Below are positions 36,648 to 48,900 of a stretch of 64,000 nucleotides of DNA, one piece after another (position 1 is the first letter of the stretch; the number at the start of each line of letters is the position of its first letter). The stretch spans positions 1-64,000 of the IMG/VR virus record IMGVR_UViG_3300005098_000017. One strand, written 5' to 3'. A model generated the notes under the pieces. It was not told the origin of the DNA, ran no database searches, and worked only from the letters and a program-made list of their open reading frames with translations. This DNA is from a virus. A program made the position numbers and the translations under genes.

Positions 36648-36730
36648 ATTACCTCCTTTTTGTGATTTGCATATTTTAACACCTTCTTATCAATAATAAT
36701 AAAAACCATAATGACAATGAAGCCGCGGCT

Positions 36731-37150
36731 TCACACATAGTGCTTCCTATAATAATATACACCTAACCTATAAGCATCCTTAATACAGTCAGGCATATCA
36801 GGAAATTTTTCATCCATTTTCTCAACCTTATCGGTCCATGATGCATCAATCAAACTTAGAATCCGAATTTTATCTCCATAAAAATTCTGTGCGATGGCTG
36901 TATAAAGACAATGATGTATCCGATCTTTATCCTCGCTATAAGCATCGCCTATTGCAACAGCATCAAAATCTTTAAACTTTTTTATTACATGGTCAACAAC
37001 CTTCTTTATATAATTGACACAATCATGTGGTTCCACTCCCGCGAAAGACATTGATCCAAGCTCGCGGGCTTCCCCTGTCTTTTCATCCATAACAGCATAA
37101 CCTATCACAGGATATCCATGATATATGTCTACAACAAATGAAAGTAACAC
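36731..37150 (-). CDS. divergent RuvC/RNase H-fold protein
   Basis: FVVD..IGYAVMD N-terminus and IKDAYRLG C-terminus resemble RuvC motifs; GTG start with RBS. Confidence 0.4.
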   Translation of the reverse strand: MLLSFVVDIYHGYPVIGYAVMDEKTGEARELGSMSFAGVEPHDCVNYIKKVVDHVIKKFKDFDAVAIGDAYSEDKDRIHHCLYTAIAQNFYGDKIRILSLIDASWTDKVEKMDEKFPDMPDCIKDAYRLGVYYYRKHYV

Positions 37151-37177
37151 TTCTGATCCTCCTTACCTTATTTGAGA

Positions 37178-37286
37178 AGGCGGCGGTTTTTACGGGTCTG
37201 CACCTAGACCCTATTAAACTACCGACCTGACAGCCCGGTGCGAGGCCTTCAACAGTCGGGTGGGATTGATACCCACATCGCCGCCT
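37178..37286 (-). ncRNA. four-way-junction structured RNA with a possible kissing loop
   Basis: Closing stem AGGCGGCG/CGCCGCCT; three hairpins; loops GCACC/GGTGC are complementary. Confidence 0.5.
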
Positions 37287-37319
37287 GCTTATAATATCAC
37301 TCATCCTTTTGTTTTGTTG

Positions 37320-37332
37320 CCTTATAATTGAC
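37320..37332 (-). promoter_or_regulatory. putative phage promoter GTCAAT-N4-AGG
   Basis: One mismatch; upstream of the structured RNA. Confidence 0.5.
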
Positions 37333-37588
37333 AATAACTTATTCGTCAATCAAAGAAGTGCGTCTTCCTTCTTCAAGAAAGCGCGGCTCTTTCCTAAAAA
37401 CACTACCCTTACAAGATCCATAAATGCATCTACATAGACTCTACCTCTTACCTTCCATGGTAGCGAGCTCCACCTCTCATCATATTCCAATCTGCCTATC
37501 AATGACATTGCACAACATAAGAATATGATCTTGTACAAAAGACCATCAATAAAATTATTAAACTTCTGCTCCATTCTTCGCATTAATC

Positions 37589-38423
37589 TCATTGTGGTTC
37601 CTCCATCATCTTACTACAGGGCGCGGGCTTCACCCTCTTTACCCACATATAAATCTTCGCCAATAACTCAGCGAGGCCGCCGGCTTCATACATCACCACA
37701 TAACTATTACTATCCCATCCGTGGTCGACATAGCCACCACACAACTTACTACCATCTAATCCTTCTATACCAAGACATACTCTTATCCTACCACCTACTT
37801 CTATTTCGTCATCTACCATAACACAATGAGGACACTCAGAGATTATTTCATCAGCGACAGGCGCCTTAATAGCCACACCTTGCATAATAAGCCGCCGCAG
37901 TTCTGCATTATTAAAGTGGTACTCGAGCTCCCACTTATCACCCTTATGCTTCCGCCAGTAAAAGCCGCCGCCTCCCTGAGGGAAGCCGGCTTCCTTCAAC
38001 TTCCTACATAACTCCAAACTAGGAACAAGCTTTTCAATGTTACTCATCATCTGCCTCCTTTTTCTTTATTTCTATTAACTGCTCCGCCACCTTATTTGTA
38101 AGCAACCCTATTACCTCTCTTACAAAATCACTCCTTTCCATTAGTACATACAACAGGCGACATATGAGCACATCAAGGGTCGGGGCTTCATACATACACA
38201 CAACCCTATCATGTTCAATAAAATTCCTATGAACTAGGTAAAATGCATCCCTTATATCCGTTGTATAATCACGACGGATGCTATGGTCCTTACCACTATC
38301 ATCCTCATATAGCACCCAATAATATTCGGTATCCTTATGATGAATTCCCAGCTTCTCAAGTTGCATACATAGGTCAACACTTGGTACAAGACACTCGAAT
38401 GTTGGTGATAAACGCTCAAACAC
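37589..38423 (-). other. two paralogous hypothetical genes (37589..38050, 38040..38423)
   Basis: LVPS[LV][ED]LC..L...G and [KE]AP[VT] motifs. Confidence 0.7.
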
Positions 38424-39115
38424 TATTTATCCTCCTTATTACTTCTATTACTTTTTATCTTTTGAGGACGGAGCGCTTCCATTTTCCTACTAAGACACAA
38501 CGGACACAGAACCTTGCCATTGTACAGACCCCATTTCGCCCGCTTAACCACATCCCTTAGCTCATCTAGGTCGGCGGCTTCAACCTCCCTACTACATTCA
38601 TCACACTCCAACACCCATACCTCAATACCCGCCGGCTCCCTATCCACACTAAACGAACCCTGACGCTCCCAATGAAAAGCGCGGGCTTCAACCTCCTCTA
38701 CCAATCCACTAACATAACCAACAGCCAAAACATCAGCATTGTCATACACATTACCCACAACTTCTATATTATGTAACTCATCAATAAAATAACAATTACC
38801 ATCCAATGTAACAACAACCCAGCAGTCATCCACAGACCTAACAATACCTCTTATTCTTTTATCACTCCCTTCACAATGTAAATCAGCCTCAACTATATCA
38901 TCTTCATAAATTTTCCTATCTCTCACATCCACAACATCTATATACCGACCTACAGTCTCAGGATAAACCATTCTTAATGATCCGTCCTCCCTATCACGAA
39001 TGAATACACCACCAATACCTTCCTCTATCTCACCATATATCCACGCGCCACCTCTTCTGCTACCATCCGCAAAGTACCCATTATGACACATACCACGATA
39101 CTCACTACATCCCAT
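38423..39115 (-). CDS. YopX-family protein with C-terminal Zn ribbon
   Basis: VYPETVGRYI..D..DRKIYEDDIV, IEVVGNVYDN. Confidence 0.85.
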   Translation of the reverse strand: MGCSEYRGMCHNGYFADGSRRGGAWIYGEIEEGIGGVFIRDREDGSLRMVYPETVGRYIDVVDVRDRKIYEDDIVEADLHCEGSDKRIRGIVRSVDDCWVVVTLDGNCYFIDELHNIEVVGNVYDNADVLAVGYVSGLVEEVEARAFHWERQGSFSVDREPAGIEVWVLECDECSREVEAADLDELRDVVKRAKWGLYNGKVLCPLCLSRKMEALRPQKIKSNRSNKEDK

Positions 39116-40646
39116 GATGGGCCTCCTATCATTTTACACATAAATTGATACCTGCTCAACATCAATAATCTTAACTAATCCACTTCTCTCAAGTTCCTCC
39201 ATAACAGCATCATAACTCCACTCAATATCTTCGGGCCTCAAACGGGCAATGATATTACCTATGATTCTTCTTAAATCCTCCCAATCCAACGAGGTCTTTA
39301 CAAGATAAACATCCTGCCGCTCTCCATTGTATGAATCCTGTATTTTGATTATCTTCAAATCTTCCTTCATGTTATACCTCTCTCCCAAGGGCGCGGGCTT
39401 CACAACAAATACTCCCGCTTAATCCTCTCTATTTTTGCATCAATCTCCTCTACACGCCTCCTTACATCCTTCAACCGATCCCAGTCCTCACCCGATACCA
39501 AAAAATCATCCAAAATAACCACCTCACTCCAAGGAGTAGACGTAGCCTCACGCGGTAACACACGAACCTCCACAGGCTCATTAGATAAACGCCGCCTCTC
39601 CTCAGCTAACTCCCTCACCTTCTCACGCATCCGCTCCCTCACATGCAAAAATCCCTTTGCAATACTTACAATATACTTCACCCTAAAGAAATCAACCTCA
39701 CCTCGTACCTCCAACGGCATCTCCTCAATGAGAGACTCTTCTACCTTCTTGCCATGAATACAACGAACCCTGTCAAGCAAACACATTATAACATCCGGTG
39801 TCGTAGTAACATACGATAACGACTCAAAATCACGCTCAATGTCACGCGATATCGAAGCTATACGCCTCGCATTGATCAACGACTTAAACATCGCCATGAC
39901 AACACCTCCTTATATTAACATCTATAATATCATTCAATCCCCATCACCCACAACCGGACAATAATACTTGTGATAACAATCAGGACATATAAATAAATCA
40001 TCCTTATAACTGTACCTCCATCCCTCACGAAGAGCCCTATCAGCTAACTTGCGTGGTGTGTCATCAGACATTATAACACCACACTCAAAACACTTAATAT
40101 AATACGGCGACCTATAATACACATCTAAATAACTGAATTTTGTGAATCTACTCATTACTTAACCTCCTTTCCTATTCATAATATCCATGGCATACTGCGC
40201 GGCTTCCTCTATATCACCAAACTCCTTATACCTAACATTCCACTTCGACGGCTTCCTCCCACGCCCAACCTCCCTCCCCGTCCTCGCATCTACCACAATA
40301 ATCTCACCAGGAATAAAAACATCCCTCATAATACGATGAATATGCCACCTCCTTCCCTCATGCTCAATATCAAACTCATGAAGCTGCGAAAACAACACCT
40401 TCTCACCAGCACAAGAATCAACAAACATATACCCATCATCCGTCAACGATATACACATATCCGCACAACAACGCTCACCATGCTCAGATGTAGGATCCGA
40501 AATTACACCCTCAATAACAATAAACTTCAAATCCATGTTATTACCTCCTGTTAATGTTGTTAATACCCCATTACATCCAATGCATAACCTCTATGTCAAT
40601 CCATTACCCAACCATAACCAAGCCAAACCATGCAGGCCAGCACTGA

Positions 40647-40797
40647 GTCTACGAAGTCCACCAAGGTCCACCAACCCTCCACAAACCCTCTACAAACTAC
40701 TCTACTTCTACAAATGGTTCTACAAAGTCTACAAGCGGTCCTACAAACGGTCCTATACATGGCCCTACACATGGTCCTACAACGGTCCTACAAACTG
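40647..40797. repeat. iteron-like tandem repeats (~12 bp, CTACAAACGGTC consensus); candidate origin
   Basis: About 8 well-formed units at 40708-40797 plus degenerate units upstream; non-coding; at a strand-skew switch. Confidence 0.7.
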
Positions 40798-40957
40798 AAG
40801 AGGCCTATGGCGCCTGCTGGCTTCGTCGGGCTTCGCTCGACCTCTGATGGGTTTCGTTAGGTATCCTGACCTCGCTGGCTGGTTTTCGGCGGAAATTTGG
40901 CATTGTTGCAGCATGTTTGGCTCCTTGCTTGGTTATGTTTGGTTGTTGTTTTTTGTG

Positions 40958-40970
40958 CCAGTAGATTGAC
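40958..40970 (-). promoter_or_regulatory. putative phage promoter GTCAAT-N4-TGG
   Basis: Exact motif pointing into the repeat/ori region. Confidence 0.65.
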
Positions 40971-41616
40971 TATTATGTAGGTACATGTGCACCTCTTATG
41001 AATTCTTTTAATCTTATGGGTTCATCGTGTAATATGAGGATGCTTGCGTTGTTGCGTGCTATGATATCGCGCCAGAATTCATCCGGTGTGACATATGTAT
41101 TACTTATTATGATGATGCCTTTGATTTGAGCTACTTTCATCCATAGAGGGATGTGCTGCTGAACATATAGGCATGGTATATCTTGTGGTGCTATTATGCT
41201 ATAGATACGGCGGAAGGAGAAGGGGAAGCCGCCACCTCTGCTGGCAGCCATGGTGGTTCATCGGGTTCGTTGTTAGTTGGAGGTTGATCTACTCGTGGTA
41301 GTGGATGTATCTCCTTGCGTGAGAAGATGAAGGAAGCCCCGCCTTCTTTATATATATCATATAAATTACTAATAACATCACTTTTATTAAATATATAATT
41401 CCACACGAGTAGGTTATCTTGGTTCGTAAATGCTGGTTCTAAATACAACTTAGGAGGGATACCTATTTTAGTTGGACTGAGTATGACATAGTAGTAATCG
41501 TCTGTCATGAAGCCCGCGCCTCCTTTTTTTATCACCTCTCTTTCTCTTCGCCGCCCCTCCCTTGCCCCACCGCCCCGCTTCATCGCCCTGCCTATGGTTA
41601 TGATATATTTTACCAC

Positions 41617-41644
41617 ATTATAATGAAAATTTTATTATCTTCAA
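41617..41644 (-). promoter_or_regulatory. sigma70-type promoter TTGAAG-N16-TATAAT
   Basis: Upstream of gene 41194..41508. Confidence 0.55.
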
Positions 41645-41697
41645 GATTTTCTTTTCTTTCTTTCCTCATTGCGATGCCGACAGTTATGGTTTAGTTA

Positions 41698-41710
41698 CCG
41701 CAAAATTGAC
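41698..41710 (-). promoter_or_regulatory. putative phage promoter GTCAAT-N4-CGG
   Basis: One mismatch; downstream TAACTAAAAC shared with the 45001 copy. Confidence 0.6.
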
Positions 41711-41726
41711 CAAAAAAATTTACGGT

Positions 41727-43703
41727 CTACTTATTAGGCCGCCAGCCTGACGCTGTCTTGAATGCGTAGAACAAGCTCTTCGCCTCCTCTTTACTTATAC
41801 CGTTCTTTATCGCGATCTGCTCGATGACCAGATCCTCGTTAGCAGGAAGAGGAACGATATCAATCTCGGATGGATCCTTATCGTCTCTGAATCTGATGAA
41901 GCGCGGCGCCCTTAGTGCTTCCTTGCCAAGATCCATCGCGCGGACTTCGATGACTCTTCCTTTATATTTCTCAGGATGGAGCCACATGTCATCCCTTATT
42001 TCATCTGTGAAGCCGGAGCCGACCATCGCGACTACTTTACCCGTAGCATCAGCTGCTGCTACCTTCCCTGCGGAGTTAGATAATCTTCCTGTACCGGGCA
42101 GAATATCAACGATCTTCAGATCATAGGTATCGAATCTTTTTATCTTGTACCACTTATCCTCTCTTGGCAATCCGTTAGGATCCTTTATAACGATGCCTTC
42201 ACCCAGTGGCAGATCGTCATCGATCATATCGCGGAAGAAGTCGGCGGCCTTATCAGGATCACTGGACTTGAAGTGTATCATCTTTGGCACCGTGAACATC
42301 CTCTTGGTCGCGGCTTCAGGTATTTGGTATTTACCATAATAACTCTCATTAAGAAGCCCGACGATATCCTCGTATATGGTTCTTCTTTCCATGTATGAAG
42401 CCGGCGCTGGTATCAGTACTCCGTCCTCTGTAGCCCATCCGATCCAGTCGAATACCATTAGTCGGATTAAGCCGCGCTCCTTCTGTGCAAGGACGGCATT
42501 CTCGGGACTCGCGTTGAGCATCCCGCTGAGGACATTAGCTCCATCAGGATGCCACAGCTCACCCCGCAGGACCATCCCCACCGCTCGCTCCGGTAGCCAT
42601 AAGCCCGCGCTCATGTGAGGAACATTACCCTCTCTGTGGATCGGATATCCCTCAACGGAATACCTTCTACTTACTACAGTAAGAGTAACAGGCACTCCAT
42701 CAGGCAGATAACCCTCATATTTGAGGAAGGCGCGCTTCAGTGCGTTAATCGCGGCTCTATCTAAGACTGGTTTGACTATAGCTGGCTGGCTTACTTTGAA
42801 CGACGGACCGGGATCCTGACCTCTCTTGGCAGCGGTGAAGACCTTGAGGACCCCGCCGATGGTCCCCACCGCCCGCCCCGCTTCTTCCCGCGGGCTTACT
42901 ATGATTTGATCCTCCGCCTTAAGAACCTCATACTCTCCTGTCTCGAAGAACGGTGCGTTTATTCTTATTATGAAGTTGGCACCATCGACCTTCCGCTCTG
43001 CGATAAGCTCCTTACCTTCCTCGACTCTCTTGGTGACATCCTCCGCTGTTTCGAGGGCTTCATACACTCGCCTCGGGAACCATAATTCCGTAAATCCAGA
43101 ATGACGGATCGCGATATAATTTTTATCTGACACCTTGATGAACTCCCACCAGCCGGACCACGGCTGGTCTGTTCTATATGGTGTGAATACCTCAACAGAT
43201 TTCAGGTTGGATCTTACTACGCCCGGACTTTGGTATTCGATGGTCATTAAGCCGGCGCCGTATTGCCCTTCGGGGATTTCACCTTCGAAGTCCTCTGCTA
43301 GGATTTTATGATCCTGGGATCTTATCACATTTGTTTTCCATCCGCTTGGTTTCTTAGGATTATCGTCAGCATGAAGCGGCGGCTTCTTCTTGAACACGAA
43401 CGATATCAGTCTTTCGCTAGCACTTTTGAGGAGGCGCTGGCTCCGTGTCACAGGATATCTGAACCGGAAGTCCCAGTGAAGCCCCGCCGCCCGCGCCTCA
43501 TGCCTATGCACCGTTACCCTAGTAGGATATGGTTTCAGAGGTCGCAGCTCCATGTTCTTCTTATAGAGCGCCCGCTTAGTGGACCCTTTAATAACACGCT
43601 TTGCGGCTATCTGCGTATACGCTTTAATGAGACCGTTAGTAACAGCCTTATGCAGGAGAGCACCGGTTATCTTCGTACCAAGGGTTGCTGCTATGTGCCA
43701 CAT
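41727..43703 (-). CDS. ATP-dependent DNA ligase with N-terminal LigD-type 3'-phosphoesterase domain
   Basis: HRHEARAAGLHWDFRF, DH, FEGEIPEGQYGAG; ERKVDG, EGIVIK, WYKIK; OB domain VGSGF..PRFIRFRDDK. Confidence 0.92.
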   Translation of the reverse strand: MWHIAATLGTKITGALLHKAVTNGLIKAYTQIAAKRVIKGSTKRALYKKNMELRPLKPYPTRVTVHRHEARAAGLHWDFRFRYPVTRSQRLLKSASERLISFVFKKKPPLHADDNPKKPSGWKTNVIRSQDHKILAEDFEGEIPEGQYGAGLMTIEYQSPGVVRSNLKSVEVFTPYRTDQPWSGWWEFIKVSDKNYIAIRHSGFTELWFPRRVYEALETAEDVTKRVEEGKELIAERKVDGANFIIRINAPFFETGEYEVLKAEDQIIVSPREEAGRAVGTIGGVLKVFTAAKRGQDPGPSFKVSQPAIVKPVLDRAAINALKRAFLKYEGYLPDGVPVTLTVVSRRYSVEGYPIHREGNVPHMSAGLWLPERAVGMVLRGELWHPDGANVLSGMLNASPENAVLAQKERGLIRLMVFDWIGWATEDGVLIPAPASYMERRTIYEDIVGLLNESYYGKYQIPEAATKRMFTVPKMIHFKSSDPDKAADFFRDMIDDDLPLGEGIVIKDPNGLPREDKWYKIKRFDTYDLKIVDILPGTGRLSNSAGKVAAADATGKVVAMVGSGFTDEIRDDMWLHPEKYKGRVIEVRAMDLGKEALRAPRFIRFRDDKDPSEIDIVPLPANEDLVIEQIAIKNGISKEEAKSLFYAFKTASGWRPNK

Positions 43704-43704
43704 A

Positions 43705-46700
43705 TTATGACCTCCTTGCTAGATCTTCTATATCATCACGGATCATCGCGAGGAACCTATACAGGTCGTCTGCAGATGCTTCGCCTCTTTCGTACTTATC
43801 CAGAAGTGTGACGATTGACTTTCTTAGTTCTATCAGGAAATCGGCGGCTTCATTATCAAACGAGACGGATGTGGCAGCTAGCTCTAACGCCCTATTTATA
43901 TCTATTTTACTCACTTCGTTCTCCCCGTGAGTTTATCAGCCATCTTCGCGGCACATTTTATACAGTACGGCCCGAAGGTTTTTTCGGTCTGAAACGCTCG
44001 ATAGTCATCCTCATCATCGCTGGTTTTTCTTATGTTACCAGCAACGATGAGGAATGCGAGGTCCTTCGGACCATAATTTTTACCACATATTTTACATTTC
44101 CATTTTTTGTTTTTCTTGAATAGCATACTCATCCTCCTTTTCAGGTGAGGCCCCGCTCCTGCCCCACCCCGCCGCCCCCATCAGCTTATTAAGCTTCTTG
44201 GGCGGCCTTCTTCATCGCATAAAATTCCTTGAGCTCTTTTGCGCTCAAGCCCAGCTTAACAGCACCAGTCATAATAACAGGCACCGATACCACAGGTGGC
44301 GCCATCGTTGCGATGATAGCACCAGTTATAGCTCTTCCTACATTCAGCATGGATTTCAGCGTGTAATGTTTTATGTCTTTACATTCCTCAGGTCTTATAT
44401 CCTTGGTTAACGCCGTACTTCCGAGGACGACCTTGGCAACGGGCCCAACGATCGGCAGCAATGTCAGGCCAGCGCCGATAGCCATGGTTGGCTTATCGGC
44501 CTCTATGATCGCGTTTCTTGCCGTTTGATATTTTTCCTTTATGAAGCCGCGGCTTCTTTCTGCTATATCCTTTATCTTTTCGCGCGGCTTCACCTTCTTT
44601 ACTTTCATAGCGAGTTTCTTTACCACATTACACCTCCTTGCTTCTGATTTTTATTAGCTCCTCCTCTATTTTTATATCAGGATCCATCACAAAGAAGATG
44701 AGGCGCGCGTACCTGTTAACAGGATAATCAGGATAACCACCGATTGTTTCCCATGTGTGCAGACATATTATATATGTATCGCTTTTATACACGACCTCAA
44801 GCTCATCATATGTGCAACAGTCTCTTAGCATGTTACCAGAATTAGCTATCCATCTCTGTCCTACTTCTGCTTTTTCTAGGTCACTCCATGTAATCGTAAT
44901 CTCATCGCCCTCTCCATTATAGTCGAGGGCCGCGAGTCTGAATGCAATGTTCTGCTGCACTGTTTCTACCATCCTAATACCTCCTTGTTTGTTTTAGTTA
45001 CCACTAAATTGACACCCGCCGGGCTTCACTCCTCCTCATATTCCTCCTTGTAGTATTTTTCCTGATCCGGTAACAATTCTACCAATGTCCCGCAGTATAC
45101 GCATTCATATGGAGGGTTGTCGATCCTGGCATTTTTTCCCGTCCACATTCCACACACAGGACATATCACATTGCCTGTAACGCTTACATCACCTATAACG
45201 GCGATTTTTTCACACATTTTTACCTCCTTCCTGCCTTTTTCCTTACTGTTAAACATTATCCTGCGGGGCTTCCGCCCCCACCGCCCGCCCCTTAAAGGCG
45301 GCGGCTTCTTATGTCCTCTGACCCTATGATACACAATATAAACGATGCTGCTAATAATGGTAACACAGCGAGTAACATCTTGATCCTCCTTTTGTGTCAG
45401 ATCGATTCCTTTTTCTTCCCAAGCAGTGCACTCAGTTGGATGTATATGCTTATAAGAACGCTCGCGATTAACCCTATTATCATGCCGGTTACCCCGACGA
45501 ACAGGGTAACCCCAACAGCTACCAGAATGCAGCTGATAGCGAAGTCTCTTAAGTAGCGATTATCCTTGAGTCCCTTTATCAGCCCTCGTTTCTTTATCTG
45601 TTTCAGTCCTTTCGTCAGACTTATATACATCCATACTAAGCCCGCGGCTGCTATCAAATATAACAGCATGATCACACCTCCTTGCTTTTTTATTCGCCAT
45701 TTGATTGACCGAGCGGTTATGATATCATGGCCGCCAATGCTTCGGTGGCTTCCGGCGGCCCTTCTTTTTCTTTCTCTTGTCCTCAAACACCCTGCCCGGC
45801 TTAATGGGACCGATTACCTCCCTTGATAGGTATTTAATCATTTTCAGCACTTCGCTGCCGGGCTTCTTTCCTTTGCGGCGCTTCCTCTTGCTCATTACCC
45901 ACCGCCTTTGCGAAAAGGGGGGAGGGGGCCCCAAACATCAGGACCTCCTCCCATCTGCTCTGGCTACCCTCAGCTATTCTTAAAACGGCGCTTCCTCGTT
46001 ATCTTCCTCCTCAACTGGCTCAGGTGTGGATGCAGGCCTGCTCCGATGCCAGCTCGGACGCATGAACTCACCGATCGCTACTTTACATATCATTTGGAAC
46101 ACTGGAAGGGTGCAGATCTTGGTCTTGCCAAGCTTCACAACCTTACCATCGGATGTGAGGGTCTTGATGGTACCATCGTTTCTTTCATGCATAATTTTCC
46201 ACTCAGGTTTCGCTGCGCACATGGCAACCTCGGTACCATTTAGGCTGATAGAATTTCTGATAGCGTTATTGCTTGTTGAGCGGAGCATGATGAACAACCT
46301 GTTAGGACGTCTTTGAACACTAATACCACAATACGTCTTGTCAGTAATACGGAAGGTAAACACGCTACACCTCCTTTCTTTTTGGTTTTCCAGTTGATTG
46401 ACTATGCTTAATTTTGGTTTCCATCTCCCTCGTGTGGACAGTAATATATTTTTACATAGTCGTAGATTCTGCCAAGGCTGTCGCCATAGTCTTTTCTGAA
46501 GATCAGCATTCCGCCTCTGCCGAGCTTGAACCTGACTGTCCTCTTCTTACATTGCGCAAGCCCCGAACTCCAGGAGCGTTCGTGTTTCTCTACGATTTTA
46601 TAGTTTCCTGCTAGGATTCTGGAGTCGGCGCTGAAATTAGCGCCCATTCCGTCCAATTCCTCGACCTCGTGCTCCTCTTCTTTTCCGCATATTTCAATTA

Positions 46701-48123
46701 TTATCTCTACGTTCCCCTTTTCCCAGGATTCCCAAGGAAGATCTGGGTACCTTGTCTTGGCTTTTTCTATTACCTTTTTCCTTTCCATTTTACCTCCTTT
46801 CTTTGTTTTTTAATACCATTAAATTGACTTTTTGAGGTAGAATGGTAGCGCTATTAGTCCAGCAATGAGGCCGCCGCATTGGGCAGCTGTTACATTGCCA
46901 GTTAAGATCGCAATGAGAAGTGATGTTGGGAATGCAACCGCGAAGCCGACGGCTGCTCCCCTTAATGAGGCTCTTAATACTCTCTTCATTTCCCCTCCTT
47001 GTTGATAAACGAGCGCACTGTGGTTATCAATCTCTCCTTAGCCTCCTCGGCGCGCTCCTTAATCTCTTTCTGTCCTATCCTTTTCAATCTCAGGAATCGG
47101 AAGAATCCTATGACTCCAACCGCTGCTAACACGGCACCCACTGTGCCGCCTAACAACAACGCCAATATAGCGGTAACCCAGCATGCAAAGTCGGGCTCAT
47201 CGCTGATTATGTATGGTGCGAAGTAAGCAGGGATGGCCAATATGATCCTATGCATTTTTACCTCCTTCTGATGAGAACATCATAGCTATTATCGTGCCTA
47301 GACAAAAGCCTAGCAAAAAGCTAATATATCCTATATATTCCGGGATCATAGTTCTCTTACCTCCGCTTTTATGTTTTCGAGTCCCTCCTTCTCAATCTTT
47401 TTTACCATGTTTCTGAGGCGGGTTATCATTACCCACCTCCGTATTTCATTGATGATTATGCCGATTCCGATGGCTATGAGGAACAACCCAGCAACTACCA
47501 TTGTGCTTTTTGCAGCTATATCCATTAGAACTACCATTTATACCTCCTTTGACTCCAATAATGCTTTCTGAAGCGCGTCTATGATGAATTGCGCTTCGTG
47601 ATTCCATAACTTCTGGACGAAGATAGCACCGTCCCGATAGTTGATAAACGAGATCATGATCTTCCGAGGGTCATACTTGTCATTAACCGTTTGCACCGAT
47701 ATCTCGAGATCTTCTGATTTATACTCCATTATTATTACCTCCTTTTTTTTATTCCATCAGATTGACCCTCCTCCCCTCCTTGGTATGGCGGGGCTTATGG
47801 TGGGACAAGGGGAGAGAGCTTGGTGAGGGAGACCTTTTAAGGGATCAAGGTGGGAGAGGGGAGGAGAGCCGTGTTAATCCCTCTTACTTATAATGTATTT
47901 TGATTAGAGCCTGCTTTCCATACTTCCATCTAAGCCTCCGCTTCAGTTCACTAACGTCCGCAGCAAAAACCTCGTGGAGGCCGTCAGTTCTGGTAAACTT
48001 CCAGCATTTTATGTTACCAACCTGTGTCGGTTTCCCGTGTGGAACATAAGCATGTACTGTCTCCTTCGTCCTCACGGAGATTATATCTATGTTTTTTACT
48101 AACGGATAAAATTTCAACGACAT
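43705..48123 (-). other. run of small hypothetical and membrane genes
   Basis: ORFs with RBS; several are preceded by the GTCAAT-N4-TGG motif. Confidence 0.65.
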
Positions 48124-48148
48124 AGAATACCTCCTTTTTTTTAATGTG

Positions 48149-48201
48149 AAGCCCGCCATTAAATCGAAGCGCGCAACCCGGCGGGCTTAGGTCGCGCGCT
48201 T
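48149..48201 (-). ncRNA. leader H-type pseudoknot
   Basis: Hairpin loop AAGCCCGCC pairs with downstream GGCGGGCTT before the RBS. Confidence 0.65.
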
Positions 48202-48226
48202 ATTTTTTATTCCACCATTTTATTGA

Positions 48227-48886
48227 CTATAGCCAGTCGACTTTAGCATATGGCTTGCCGTTTACATACCACCTCTTCTCGGACGTTATGAGCACGGTTT
48301 CATAGCGCTCAAGTGGGTAATCGTTACGCTCCCTCACCACGACAGCTTTAGGCTCAGGGATGATGGCATCGGTACCATGTGGAGGTGTGGGAGGGAAAAT
48401 TGAAACGAGCTGACGTGGAAGGATGACAAGAGAAAGGTGTTTGCCTTTCTGTTTGATGCGACTCCTGATGGTCTTCTCGAGACCCTTCTCGACGATTACG
48501 TAGCCATACGAATCCGCAGCCTCCTGGGCGAGTGTGTTCGCCATTTTATTCCCTGTTCTGGCTGTGTGTTTTACAATAACCTCCTTATGCTGGTTATCAG
48601 CGTAGTACCTAGCCAGCTCATATAATTCCATAAGCTCAGGCTTCTTAATATCATATTCTTGGTTAAACTGCTTCACCACTAACTGTGAGTCGCTGTGTAT
48701 TGTGGTATCACCCTGGATGTACTGGCTAATGTATGTCGCAAGAACTAGTGCTGCCCATTCAGCCTCGTTGTTTGTTGCCTCCCCAATGGGTATTGATAGT
48801 GATATACCAACCTCCGGAATATATATCCCAATCCCAGCGGGACCGGGATTGCCTTTTGATGAGCCATCAATGTAAATGTTAGTCAT
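48227..48886 (-). CDS. rnhA: ribonuclease HI
   Basis: [35 protein letters not shown]. Confidence 0.93.
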   Translation of the reverse strand: MTNIYIDGSSKGNPGPAGIGIYIPEVGISLSIPIGEATNNEAEWAALVLATYISQYIQGDTTIHSDSQLVVKQFNQEYDIKKPELMELYELARYYADNQHKEVIVKHTARTGNKMANTLAQEAADSYGYVIVEKGLEKTIRSRIKQKGKHLSLVILPRQLVSIFPPTPPHGTDAIIPEPKAVVVRERNDYPLERYETVLITSEKRWYVNGKPYAKVDWL

Positions 48887-48900
48887 AATACCTCCTTTAT

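Noticed and set aside
40535-40860. ORFs across the tandem repeats
   Set aside because: Low-complexity translations of the repeats, no RBS
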